The notes under the pieces were generated by a model. It searched no databases, was not told the origin of the DNA, and saw only the letters and a program-made list of their open reading frames with translations. Shown here piece by piece: positions 26,178 to 40,712 of a stretch of 64,000 nucleotides of DNA (position 1 is the stretch's first letter; each line of letters starts with the position of its first letter). The stretch is taken from the NCBI RefSeq assembly GCF_009914755.1, contig NC_060930.1; one strand, given 5' to 3'. The position numbers and the translations under genes were made by a program. This stretch comes from the human T2T-CHM13v2.0 reference genome, Homo sapiens.

Positions 26178-27567
26178 CTTGCTTAGCTTCACAATTAAAA
26201 GTAAAACTGGTAAACACAAAGATAATGAAATACTTGTTACATTGATGAATTGCATTGATTTCAAATGTTGCCAAAGGGGCCAGAAACAAGAGAGCAAGTG
26301 AAAGCATCCAGATCAAGCTGATAGGATAGATGAACCTGCTTCTGGGACTGGGTTGCATACTCAGGACTTATTTGTGCTGAGACCAGGTGTTTTGCCTCAG
26401 TTCTGTTATGGAAGAGCTAAGATAGCTAGGATTGCTTCAGCTGGAGCCTACACACTCCAATGCTGTGACCACAAACCCCTATACCAATTTTGAACAGTGG
26501 CAAATTAGCAGGTTTCAGACTAGGCTAAGGACTAAGTTATCACACCAGCTCATTCAAGACTTACATCGGAACTCAAACTTTATAAAAATCAGATTTAACC
26601 TCTTCCAAAAGAACCTTTAGTATGTAATAATAGCTGCCTCTAAAGACTGAAAAATAAAGTGTCTGGACACAGCTTCTGAAGTAGCTGATGAGCATCAGTG
26701 TTGCTACGCGTGAAAGCCCAGCAACTTGAATTTGGCAAATAATTTTGTTGAGAAAATAAGCATTGCCAAAAAGGGATTTTGGCTGCTGATTGAATTTTTT
26801 CCCTTTGCACTTGATACACTTTGAAAATAGACATAGAAAGCCCTTTGTTGAACCCAATAAAATCTGTATATATCAGATTATTGGTCTGATGTGTGATTTC
26901 TGGGTATATTTTTGAGGATAGCATCCACCTTAAGGCATTTTTAAATTAGGGCTTTTTCATGAATGTGGTAAAAATGGAATTTATAACAAGGTCACTAATA
27001 GATTGTACTTGCATGACTCACTTATCCTTTTATAGGACATGCATGGCCAGACACAAGGGTGTTATCTACAGTGTTTCTAAAATTACCTCTCTGGAACTTT
27101 CTTCCAGCCCTAAGAAACTTCAAAGTAAGAGTAAAAGAGACATATTTCTCTTGGGTAAATTTAAAAACAATTAAATGATTTTTAAATGAAAGAAAGAGAA
27201 TCTCTTGGGTGCTGTGTGCATGAATCCGCACTTTAACAAGCACTTGAAGTGGCAATAACAGAAAAATTGTGGAAAAATCAAATTCAAATGGAAATGTTAA
27301 AATTTTAAGGATACAAAACAGTTTTTATGTATTAAAGAATATAAGACAATGTTCCTTAAATATTGTATGTTCTTATGATAACTATAAACTGAAAACAAGA
27401 CAAAAATAAAATAAAAACTTTGCTTTGATTTTAAGGAAGAAGCAATTTGAGTTAGCAATGGCTCTATAATGGAGCAATTTCTCCCCCTCCCAGATACTGA
27501 GTGATAAGAAAAACCTTGGGCCAAACAGGTAAACTTTCTGCAGGCTACTTGAACATTTTTAAATGTC

Positions 27568-27866
<299 letters not shown>

Positions 27867-27999
27867 TAATTTTACAACTCTATATATAAAAAAATAAGAT
27901 AGCCAGCCTATGGCATTGGTGCATTAACACTTCAGGTGTAATACTATTCTTTCTCTGCCTGTCTTTATAAGTTTTAATTATTATGGTATCAGAGCTAAA

Positions 28000-28228
28000 A
28001 AAAAAAAGGAATAAATAACTCATGGAGATAGAGATTAGAATAATGGTTACTAGAGGCTAGAAAGGGTAGTTGGAATGGGGGATAAAAAGGGAATAGTTAA
28101 TGGGTAAAAGTATACAGTCAGAGAGGAGGAATAAGATCTAGAGTTTCGTACTACAATAGGGTGACCATAGTTAGGAATAATTTATTGCATATTTAAAAAT
28201 AACTAAAAAGTGGAATTAGAATGTTCCG
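28000..28228 (+). mobile_element. L1MA 3' UTR fragment
   Basis: CTCATGGAGATAGAG...ATGGTTACTAGAGGC...AATAAGATCTAG...AATAGGGTGACCATAGTT. Confidence 0.8.
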
Positions 28229-29489
28229 TTTGCATTTTGAAATTTCATTTGTAGTTGGGCATTCAGTCATCACCAACACTGGTACTACCTATTATCAATC
28301 AAATGGAGAGAATTAATTCATTGAACAAATTATGGAAGAGCCCATGCAAGCTGCTTATTTTCTTCATCAAATTAGGAATTATATTTTATTTCCTTCCAAG
28401 TATGAAATTTCTGCTGGTTTCTGGTTATTTGAAGCTTGAGGTAGGAAGCCACACAGAAAATTTTTTAAAGTGAAGTTGACTGTCAAGCTCAAGGGCAGCT
28501 TTACTTCAAAATGAGTTGGGCATGAGCCTCGGGCTCTGAGATATCTGAGAAGCCTCTGATATGGAACACCGGTCATCCCAGTTCCTCAGACTCCTTGAGC
28601 AGTTCCCATAGTTCTGAGCAACCTTCACAGGCTGAGGTCACAGGGAAAGAAGGAGCTGTATTTAGCCTCATCTCCACAGCCTTGAAGAAAAACCAAGACC
28701 CTGGAGAATGTTTCTTTCCAAAAATAAATGAACATAGAAAAATTAGAATGACAGTAGATAATCCTACAAAATGCAGGTGGCAAAAGGCAGGGCTGTGCAC
28801 CATCTGCAGGTCCTCCTTCCTCCTTCTGTGTAGGTCCAAAGTCAATCTCCAAATCTTTATAATATCAAATTCGCCATCTGCAGTTCTAGGATCTAAGGCC
28901 TACAGCACATCCGTTTATCCATAACAGAGAATTTTGGTATACCTGTCCCGGGAAGTCAGTTCAGACATAGTCTGCTATTCAGACTTTGCCTGAAACTTGG
29001 TTGAAATATTTGATATTTGAAAGAGTTGGTATAAAGGATAGGTTAAATATCCATTTCTCCAGCTTTATCTCTGTTTTAAGTTATATCATAAGAAAGTCAT
29101 GTTGCTACATTATATTATCTTAGCTCCTTGAGGAAATGCCTTCTAAAGGTCAAGATTTAATGTTATGCCCTCAGCTTTTATAAAGGTGCAATCAAAACCT
29201 TGGACGTTTAACTGGCTACTCATTGTCCTATTTGTAAGAATCCCCATAATAAATTCATTCTAAAATTCATCAGGGAAAGTTTTTTCTTCAGATGGATTTT
29301 AATGCTACTTTTTATTGGTCAGAGAGAAACTGAATAAATCATTTTTTTCTTTTTAAATTGCCTGCCAAATCCACGGTGAAGCGACAATAACTAAGCCATC
29401 TTAATTTCCCATTGTAATGAGCTAGCTCACTCTCCCTCTCCATATCCAATCAGTGTTACTTATACTTGAGATCTGTAAATTACTTATTT

Positions 29490-29637
29490 CAAAATCACCT
29501 AGAAGGTCTTTGAAAAATACAGATCCCTGAGCCACAACCCAGAGATTCTGATACAGTCCCTTGAAAGGGGCGGAGGAACATACACTTTATTCAAGCAAGC
29601 TTCATACTTAATAGGCACCCTTGAATTTGAAACTAGT
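29490..29637. mobile_element. MER5-like hAT MITE
   Basis: AAATCACCTAGAAGG...AAAATACAGATCCCTGAGCC...CCCAGAGATTCTGAT. Confidence 0.65.
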
Positions 29638-31638
29638 CTAAGTGGTTCCAAATGGTCTTTTAGTGGTGTTAAGGGATTCACATTTTATTTGCTTTAATTG
29701 AATACTATGGCTGATATAAAATATTCACACACATACGCATGCTCTCTTTTGGTCAAAGAAGTAAGACGATAAAGTAACACATGACCAGAGAGAAAGAATA
29801 AACAAGAAGACCTTATACTGTTGACATGGTTAAAACTCACACATAGGTATGTTGCTCACCATTAAGATCATATTAAGAAAAAGAAAGTGCAGGAAGAAAC
29901 CAAGAAATTCTGCAAGGAAACCTAGCAAGTATTTTTGCAGAAAGGGATAAAACTTCAGAGTTCTAGTTTCCAGGTACTTAAGCACAGGATCTCACATTAT
30001 TTGTAGGGTTTTTTTCTTTCAAGCCTTTTAATGCAAAAGGTTTTGTTTGGGTTGTAAACTAATTGCAGGAGTTTGATTACTAGATATTTTTTTAAATCAC
30101 CTCTGCAAATGGGTTTTACAAACATTAAAACCAGGGTATAGCCACTTTACAATGAATGTAATTGGTAGAAATCTTAGACCTTTATAAAACAGCATTTTTT
30201 TCTAGCACAATTGTTGATTCTGTCCAGTGTAGACACAAGCTAAAGGTATAGAAAGTTAGCATATAATTCAGTTTACCCAAGCAAAATAAAAATAAGTTAT
30301 ACAAAGCATTGTTTTCAATAAATCATGGGTACTTTATAGCATACTCAAAATTAAACAATAGGTAATATAGACTAAATTTATTTTTAAAACTGTGTGAATG
30401 CAATCTGATATATTCTTTATCAAATGAATCTTTCCTTTTTGTAGAGTTCACATAGTGAAGTATCTTACTCATTTCCATGAAGAATTATATAAAAACAAAT
30501 GTCACTCACTGGTGGTCACAACCTGTCAAGTTAGTTTGAAAATTCATACAAAATAAAAAGGTGGTAGTTAATGGTTTTAAAATCTCTATTTAGTCTTTTG
30601 AAAAATATGGCAGGATGAGCACAAATATCTGACCTCCTTTGGTTATAACTAACAGAAATAACCAAAATAGTACAAACATAGTAATAACTATTTTTTTAAA
30701 AAAGTTCCAATGGCACCGAAAACTAGGTAAGCTGACACCCATAGGGCATAAAGCTCAAGCAATGTCTGCTTTGTATAGTACAAGTGGAATCAGGAAGAAA
30801 GGAGATATTTGGAGGCAACTCAAAACTTCTTTTCCTAAGAAAGCCATACAGCTTCACAGAAAAACAGTAGACATATTAGGAGAAGCTCATTTATATTTCC
30901 TATTTTTAAGAAGCAAAGGTTAGAGAGCCCTGAAATAGGGAAGAATTCCTAGCACTGCTATAAAACAGAATCAGCTGAGGAAGAAACAGCTCAACCACGT
31001 CCAGCTATGCCTAAAGGAAAGCCAGCTACTTGCTGGTTTGGTCAATGAATTTTATAGTTGGATGAGGCCATTATCTAAAACAGAGCTAAAACCTATAATC
31101 AGAGAATATTTAGAAAATAACAATAATAAAAAATACTTCACATAAAAATGTTGAGATGCAGCCAAAACTACTCTCCAAAAAGACATATTAACTTTTACTA
31201 TTTTAGTGGTTGAACAGGAAGAAATAAAAATAAATTAACTAAATATTCAACTCAATAAATTACAACTAGAACAAGAAAATAAACCAGGATCGGCAGGAGA
31301 AATAAATAAAGGCTAATATTTGAGTTTTTACTTTTCTACTTTTTTGCATGAAGAATTTCACTTAATCCTCCCTACTACTCAACAAAACAGATACAATTGA
31401 TAATACGATTTTATAGATGAGGAAACTGAGATGCACAGAGTTCAGTTTAAAAATGAAAAAGTGGAACAATTGATAATACTTAGCAAAAATTAAAAACAGA
31501 AGAAGATTTTAAACATGTTATTAGGAATGCAAAAGATGATATGACTACAGATATAAAGATATTCACAAAGTTAAAAAGTATATTATATTTGGTTCTCTTA
31601 TGGAACATTGGAAATATCAAAAGAATTGATGAACTCTC

Positions 31639-31985
31639 CTGCAGCCATAAAAAATGATGAGTTCATGTCCTTTGTAGGGACATGGATGAAGCTGGAAACC
31701 ATCATTCTCAGCAAACTATCGCAAGGACAAAAAACCAAACACCGCATGTTCTCACTCATAGGTGGGAATTGAACAATGAGAACACTTGGACACAGGAAGG
31801 GAAACATCACACACCGGGGCCTGTTGTGGGGTGGGGGGACGGGGGAGGGATAGCATTAGGAGATACACCTAATGTTAAATGACAAGTTAATGGGTGTAGC
31901 ACACCAACATGGCACATGTATATATATGTAACAAACCTGCACGTTGTGCACATGTACCCTAAAACTTAAAGTATAATAATAAAAA
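31639..31985 (+). mobile_element. ~345-bp 5'-truncated L1PA4-like insertion inside an old L1M ORF2 fragment
   Basis: 20-bp TSD AAAAGAATTGATGAACTCTC (31619-31638 / 31986-32005); L1PA 3' UTR. Confidence 0.93.
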
Positions 31986-32254
31986 AAAAGAATTGATGAA
32001 CTCTCGAGTAAAATGTAAACTAACTTTGGCTCAAGAAAAGATAAAAACCTCTGCACATCAAAGAACTAAAAATATTGTCAATACTTTCCTCAAAATAATG
32101 GCAGAGCCCTGTATAGTTTTAAGAATGGGTGGGTAAAAAAATCAGTTCTACATACTTAAAATTTCTTTTTTTTCTTTTGTCTCCAGAAGTCTTTATTTTT
32201 TAAATTGGTAATAATTATATGTGTTTATTAATTTATTTAAATTTCATTTTTTAA

Positions 32255-32444
32255 AAAAAACTTTTAGGTTCGGAGGTACATGTGAAGGTTTGTTACATAG
32301 GTAGACTCATGATACGGGGATTTGATGTACAGATTATTTCATCACCCAGGCATTAAGCCCAGTGCCCAATAGTTATCTTCTCTGATCCTCTCCCTCTTCC
32401 CACCTTCCACCCTCAAGTAGATCCCAGTGTCTGTTTTTTCCTTC
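32255..32444 (-). mobile_element. Older L1PA (about PA13-16) 3' end fragment
   Basis: GTACATGTGAAGGTTTGTTACATAGGTA...GATTATTTCATCACCCAGG. Confidence 0.8.
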
Positions 32445-33322
32445 CAAATTTCACTTAGCCTCCCTATAAATCATCTCACTTCTCATTACTACACTCTATT
32501 GCTTCCAAATGTCTTTCAAATTTTAGAGAACAAATTGTTCCTAGGCTATAATTGTTCCATTTCCAAGTCATGATATAAAACTGAACATATATGTTAACTT
32601 ATTCTTTATTCAGAGACTAAATTAAATGGTAATAAAGGAATGCAGAAAGTGTATACTTAAAACTACACATCAAATTAGAGGGAGACTAAAAGTAGACAGC
32701 TTTTAGTCTAGAACATTTCTAGAACCCATCTCTAAAAGGCAGAAGGTAAATTGTGTGTTGGCAGTGATACAATGTTGGTAAACTGGTAGCTGGTGCAAGA
32801 GATAAAGTCAGGCCACCTGGAAGAACTCAATGGGTACAACCTCATCTATGGCAAGGGCAGAGGAAGTGGGGCTATTTATAATACGACTAATTGAAATTCA
32901 AAATATGTACCGGTTGATTCCTCTACCCACCCATCCTTCTTCCATTTCCATCATCTGTATGAAATAGAAAAGCTGGGAGCCAGGAATTAAACTAAAAGGA
33001 AAGTTTTGTGAAGGAAAGAATGAGAATAGACAAAGGGAAAGAAGGAGGGAGGGAGGGTGAGAGAAAGGGAAGGAGGGTGGGAGAAAAGGAGGGAGAGAGA
33101 GACAGAGAGAAAGAACAGATAACTGTCTGGGGAGAAATCAGGCAGGTAGGATAGATCTTCATGTTCTAAAGCCTTCTTTGTTCTAGCACTTGGGAAACAT
33201 CCAGTTTAATGAAGCAAGTGCTGCTGCCCACACTGAAGCAGTTGCTGTCAGCTGACAACCCACCCAGATACACTAGCTTCCCAGTCAGCCTCTCTGTTGT
33301 TTTATTCCTAAAATTTTAATGA

Positions 33323-34850
<1,528 letters not shown>

Positions 34851-35123
34851 AACTGCCAAAAAAAAAAAGTATAGCGGAGGAAAGGGCAGTAGTTTGGAGA
34901 AAAGTCGAAAAAAAAAATAAACTATTCTCAAAATCAGTTTCTCTCAGATTACCTATACAGGATGGGAGAAATGCTAACATTTGATAAAATTGGAATGCGG
35001 ATGGTAGATTCAACAAATGCTTTGTATCAATGATAGATTTACTGAAGTTGATAGCTGTACTGCAAGAATATATAATTCTTAAGACACATATGCTGAAATA
35101 TTTAGGGGCAAAGAGCTACACTA

Positions 35124-35480
35124 CAGCTGTGTGTGTGTGTATACACACACACAGCCTTCTGTATGTGTTGGTTCTGCATCCATGAATTTAACCAGCCATT
35201 GATCAAAAATATAAAAAACTATGCTTACATTAATACTGAACACGCACCTACTATTTTTCTTATTATTTCCTAAAAAATACAGTACTACAACTATTTTCAT
35301 TCCATTTACATTGTATTGGGTGTTATGTTACCTAGAGATGATTTAAAGTATACAAGAGGATATGTATAGGTTATATGCAGATACCATACCATTTTATATA
35401 AGGATCTTGGGCTTCATTGATTTGGTTATCTGTGTGAGATTCAGGAACCATTTCCTCATGGATATCAGGGAACAGCTGTA
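35124..35480. mobile_element. MER2-like Tigger-family MITE within an old L1M 3' end, followed by (CA)n
   Basis: GGTTCTGCATCCATGAATTTAACCA...GGAACCATTTCCTCATGGATATCAGGGAACAGCTGTA. Confidence 0.8.
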
Positions 35481-35487
35481 CACACAA

Positions 35488-35525
<38 letters not shown>

Positions 35526-35649
35526 AACAACAAATCAAAATAGTAATGGTAATAATAGATAATTCTGGATAGAGAGTATAAAAATATTCTTTGTACTTTT
35601 CTTGCCCTTGAAATTTTTCTGTAACTTTGAATTATTTGGTTGTACACAG

Positions 35650-36900
35650 AAGGTTTGAAATTTAAAAAAATGTACCTCCCATGCAAATTTCTCAGGAAGG
35701 TATTGGCGTATGTGCTCCCCAAAATTAAGAAAGTAAACTAAGGAAAATGAAGATATGAATACAAAAGACTGGATCTGTGTTAAATGAGAGTGGCAGAGAA
35801 AATGATCAGATCTAGAGAAAGAAGATTACAGATTAAAGGAAGACAAAATCTCAGAAAAGAATTATTTTAAGAAATTAAAACTCATGGAATGTTTTACACA
35901 TCTGAATCTATTGAGAGAAAATTTAGAAAACATATGGATAATTTGGAGTCTAACTAATAAGTATGTATATTTAGAAAACTAAGTAAACAAAAAAAGTCCA
36001 CATGATTAATAACCACAGAGAAACAGTGTTTTGTAAAGGATATGTAATGTTAATTTCTGCATGGCTTTGTAGTGAAAAGTGTTTATATAGAAAAATAAAG
36101 TAAATGAATATTAATCTTACAATATTGAGAAGATAAAGGGCTCATGTTATATGATGGGTGAGCAGGAGGATGAAAAGAAGCTCACTCTGTTTTGTCATTT
36201 TTGGAAAGTAAAATTGGAAAAACATCATGAAGCAGCAAGATGAAGATGTTATTCAGAGATTCTTTACGTAAATATCAAAAGAATTAGACAAGAGAGTTAA
36301 AAGCCGCAGCTTACAAAATGTGAGATTAAAATGGAGGTAAGCAGTGAACTACTAATTTGCATAAAGAACATCATAAAACTACTTGACTTTAAACTTTGTG
36401 CATACATAACCTGAACAAAAATAAAATTAATGGAAAGACAGCTAGAGACTGGTATGTAGGGAAAATGGAGAGAGGAAATGAGAATGATATAAGTGCTAAT
36501 GTCTGTTGTATAAGAGTGGCGACTTGCAGATCCTATACACAGCTGATGGAAAAAGAAACAGAGATGTGAGTTCATGGTTTAAAATACATAGGTTCTCTAG
36601 AACAAAACATGGGCTACAGCTATTGAGAATATGGGGTGCTGGTAGGTAGAAGGCAGTGAATATGGCAAAGTCCTCAGCAAGTCAATAGATAATATCTAAG
36701 TTAATAAATGAAGAAACAGTATTAATAAACATGAGGGAAACTTCCAGAAAGTATAGAACAGCCATAGGTAAAAGGGAATACCTCTGGAGAACAAGACTCA
36801 GAGTTAGGAATGGTGGATAAGGACATGGTTAGATTTTATTAAAAGCCCTTTCTTAAAATTTAAATTTGTGTCTGTGCACTTGTATACTTTAATTCAAGTG
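35650..36900 (+). mobile_element. HAL1/L1ME-like ancient LINE fragments
   Basis: TACCTCCCATGCAAATTTCTCAGGAAG...GTGCTCCCCAAAAT motif; A-rich degenerate LINE texture. Confidence 0.45.
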
Positions 36901-37109
36901 AAAATTTTAAAAACCTATTTTAAAAGCATTAAACATGATAGAAAGCCCTGTAATACATTTTGCAGCTAGAATAACCCTGATATCAATAAAGAATAATATT
37001 TAAATTACAAACAAATATGCTTTTGAATATAAATGAGAAAATTCTAAGTAAAATATATTACTGGTAAATTTGGCTCAAAATGGTATTTTCAAAGTTAACA
37101 TAGTGTGAC

Positions 37110-37473
37110 TGTCTTAGTTCATTTTCTGTTGTTATAACAAGATGCCATAGACTGGGTAATATACAAATTTATTTCTTACGGTGCTGGAGACTGGGAAGTC
37201 CTAGCCCTGATGCTGGCACCTGGTAAGGACCTCATTGCTGTATCATAACATGGCAGCCAAGGGCCTCATGTGGCAAGAGGTCAAAACCATGATTGTCAGC
37301 TCAGATTTCTCTTCCTCTTCTTATAAAGCCACCAGTCCCACAATGGGGGTCCCACCATGATTACCTTATCTAATCTTAATTACCTTCCAAAGGCCCTACC
37401 TCCAATCAACAAATAAATTTGACAATTAAGTTTATAACACAAGACATTTGGAGAACACATTCTAACCATAGGA
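37110..37473 (-). mobile_element. Solo MaLR LTR (MSTC/MSTD-like)
   Basis: TGTCTTAGTTCATTTTCTGTTG...CACATTCTAACCATAGGA; TSD GTGAC/GTTAC. Confidence 0.82.
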
Positions 37474-37699
37474 GTTACCATGCATAACTTTTTCTAAAAA
37501 TTCATTCCTAATTTAACATTTGAGAACATACTAACACAATTTATCCTATAAAGACATCAAAAGAATAAGCCAGCAAGTCATTGTGCAAGATTACAAAATA
37601 GCATTTGCTAACACTGAATAGCCTTCTTATTAAGCAAAAAGATGTTTTAGAATAACAGAACAACTGTAGCACCCTCTAGATCAGGTTAATCATGTGCAT

Positions 37700-38100
37700 C
37701 TACATTTGTCTATTCAGCCAATATAACTAAGTATAATACCATGCTATGGTGCTAGATATTTAGCAATGAACAAGAAAATGTCCTTGAACTTTTTGAACTT
37801 GCCTTCTCATGAGAAAGTTGGCAAATAAACAAAAAGTAACATAATATCTAGTTTTACTAAGTTATAAATAAATTAAATAGAATAAGGGATAGAAAGCAAT
37901 GAGATTCCTATTTTAGAGGAATTGCTGAGTGTCTGATTTGCTGAAGCAGTGACATCTAAGGAGAGAGTGTACCACGGGATTATCCAGGAACAAGCAATTC
38001 AGACAAAGGAACAGCATGAGCTCTTGGGGAATGAGTGAGAAGAATGGTAGTAAATATATTTGTGACATAGAGCCAGATGCCAGATGATGTGTAGTCTTGC
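37700..38100 (-). mobile_element. L2 fragment
   Basis: TATTCAGCCAATAT...GTGCTAGATATTTAGCAATGAACAAGA...GCAGTGACATCTAAG. Confidence 0.65.
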
Positions 38101-39477
38101 AGGCCACAGTCAGGACTTGCTGAACGAATTGTTCCACGTGCCAAATGGCAGCATCTCGGTCCAGCTCCTCTCTTAGGTCTTTCAAAACACAATGAAAGTT
38201 TATCTTTTAAAAAATAAATACATAATATTTTGTCTATGCTTCTGCCTTATTCTATTCCATATGTGTCCTTCACATGTGTCTTTCTAACTGTGCCTGTCAC
38301 CTTTTCACTGCTTCAAAGCCATCTGTGATGTTTCTCCCACTCCTTCTTCTGCTCCCATTGCCAGACTGCTCAGTCTGAACACAGCGGTGCTGACACCTCT
38401 TCATGGGCATGGCATCACTGTTATCAGCTGTGGTCCTATTCTCAAGAGGCTGCATAAAGGTTGTTGCCTTCCCTCATTAACTTCCTTGACTTATAATATT
38501 TGCACATAATACTTTCACTACATGGAAAGCCTAAGAAAATCAACCAAAAACTATTAGGATTCTCTAGAAAGTAGCAACAAAGATGATCTCAAAACTTCAC
38601 ATTCAAAATCAATGTTTTCTTATGATAGTAACTCACCATTCAAAAAATTCCATTGCCATAAACACTATAAATGATTTACAAATGAATTCAACAATAAATA
38701 TACATTTTACTAAGACCAAATAGAAGATGAGGAGAGAAGGCATGCATTTTCCTGCATAGAGAAAGCAAAAGTTCAAAAGTCTTTTTGAACTTAAGTGAAT
38801 TTAAATTTTCTTTGAAGGAAAATAAAGTTTTTCTTCAGTAAAAATGTTTTCTGTGTTGTTCCTATGGGCAATATAGGAAAATATTCATAAAGAAGCTTGC
38901 AGAGACCAGACTCTCTCACAGCTATATATAGATGTGTGTGTGTGTGTGTGTCTGGGTGTGGGTGTAGACATACACACAAATACATTCATATACATGTATA
39001 TAAGTATGCATTTATTATGTTAATTTAGTAATTACTTAGTATTTTAAACTGTGTAACTGGCAAAAGAATACATCAAAAGATCAGTGCTGTAGAATACACA
39101 ACCCAAGAGGAAAACTGATAATATAAAACTTGTTAGGAGTTATTTCTAAGTGGAAATAATTTGTAAACCAGAGTGTTGATTGATTGGATTTTCTGGGAAA
39201 TAGACATTGTGATAGATTTAGGAGCACAAAGTTTATTGAACAGTAACCCTTTGGAAGGAAAAAGTAGGAAGTAGGATTTGGCAGGAGAAGTTGTCAGGCC
39301 ATGATAGAGACATAACTGGTTTCTGCCAGCCCAAAGGGGAGAGCGATGGAGCACAGACTGCTCATTAGAAGAGTCTCTATTGAGTGGAAAAAGCCAGGCA
39401 CTTACACAGCTGCCCTGCTCCTCATTGGCCAAGAGCCGTACCAAGAAGAGTGTGACCTTGGCTTAAAAGCTGAGGTG

Positions 39478-40712
39478 GATATAACAGGGTAAGTGCCAAA
39501 TAAAAGGTAGCTAATACCTAATATTGTAATTTTTGGGGGGTATATGTATGTATCAAATTGGAGAACTCTGGGCTTGCTTAGGCTGTTACTTTTTCAATTT
39601 ATTAATTATTCTCCTTTTTGGCAAACTTTTGAGCATTTAGGCTACTAGTACTGCTGACATACTCAAATTATTGCTACTGTGCTGCAGAAATTTTACCCAG
39701 GATGAGGAAGTCTGTCCCAAATCTGGCCAAAAATCCATAAAATGTTTTTTCCTTTAGTTATATGTCCTAGAAAATTAAAAGTGCTACCTGCATACCTCAG
39801 AGATAGTGTGGCTTCATTTCTAGTCCAACACAATAAAATAATTCACACAATTTTTTTTGTTTCCCCATAAATAAAAAAGTTATGTTTACACTCTACTATT
39901 GTCTATTAAGTGTGCAATAGCGTTATCTAAAAACAATGTACATACCTTAATTAAAAATACTTTATTGCTAAAATATGCTAGTGATCTTCTGAACCTTCAC
40001 TCAGTCCTAGTCTTTTTGCTGGTGGAGGGTCTTGCCTTTAAATTGAGGCTGCTGACTGATAAGGGTGGTGAGTGGTGTATATTGGGTTGGCTGTGGCAAT
40101 TTCATAAACTAAGGCAACAGTGAAGTTTGCTGTATCAACACTAAACATTGCACACATGTTCCTTAATCCTTATAAAAATCACACAATGTTATTTTTCCTG
40201 CTTTACACATAAGATAACTGAACATGAAATAAACCAAATATCATACAAGACCAAATATCATACAAGTGGCAATGTAGGAATTCTAATAAAAATTCCTTCT
40301 AACAGGCTTATTGGATTTTGATAGTTATGTTTGTAATCCCCATAAGTTAACTACCAATTGGTAGTGATTGGGTAAGCTCCCCTAGGGTTCTTTCAGAAAT
40401 GACATAGAGTAGAGCACAATTTTACTGATAAATATAACAAATTCAGGAAGATGGCCTCTTCAATAAAGAAAAAATAAACATTTTTTTGAAAAAAATTAGC
40501 AAATGTAATAGCTTTTCTTCCTTCAATTACCTAAAAATATGTTTGCATATATTTTGACGTGTCTCAAAACATTGTATTACAGTAATCATGTGTGTTTTCT
40601 TTGTGACTCTTTATTCCTTATTTCCCTTCCCTTAGTTGCTTAGGTAAGCCAAGACTGTTGAAAGGCTGGAAGAATAAATTTGATGGCCTTGGAAAAAAAA
40701 AAAAAAAAAAAA
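39478..40712 (+). pseudogene. Retrotransposed non-L1 RNA copy (processed transcript or orphan transduction), ~1.24 kb
   Basis: TSD AAAAGCTGAGGTG (39465-39477 / 40713-40725) at a TT/AAAA site; AATAAA 40673-40678; poly(A) from 40693. Confidence 0.88.
39788..40137 (-). mobile_element. Tigger1 3'-end fragment carried inside the retrocopy
   Basis: CCTGCATACCTCAGAGATA...AAGTGTGCAATAGC...TTTTTGCTGGTGGAGGGTCTTGCC; antisense to the 3' end of the Tigger1 at ~22270-22626. Confidence 0.85.

Noticed and set aside
26770-26790. Peptide KGILAAD, identical to the fructose-bisphosphate aldolase motif
   Set aside because: Only 7 codons, followed immediately by a stop, and no aldolase similarity is visible on either side; probably chance.
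28255-28924. Cluster of overlapping 65-109 aa ORFs in unique sequence
   Set aside because: No recognisable protein family; ORFs occur on both strands without consistent splice signals.
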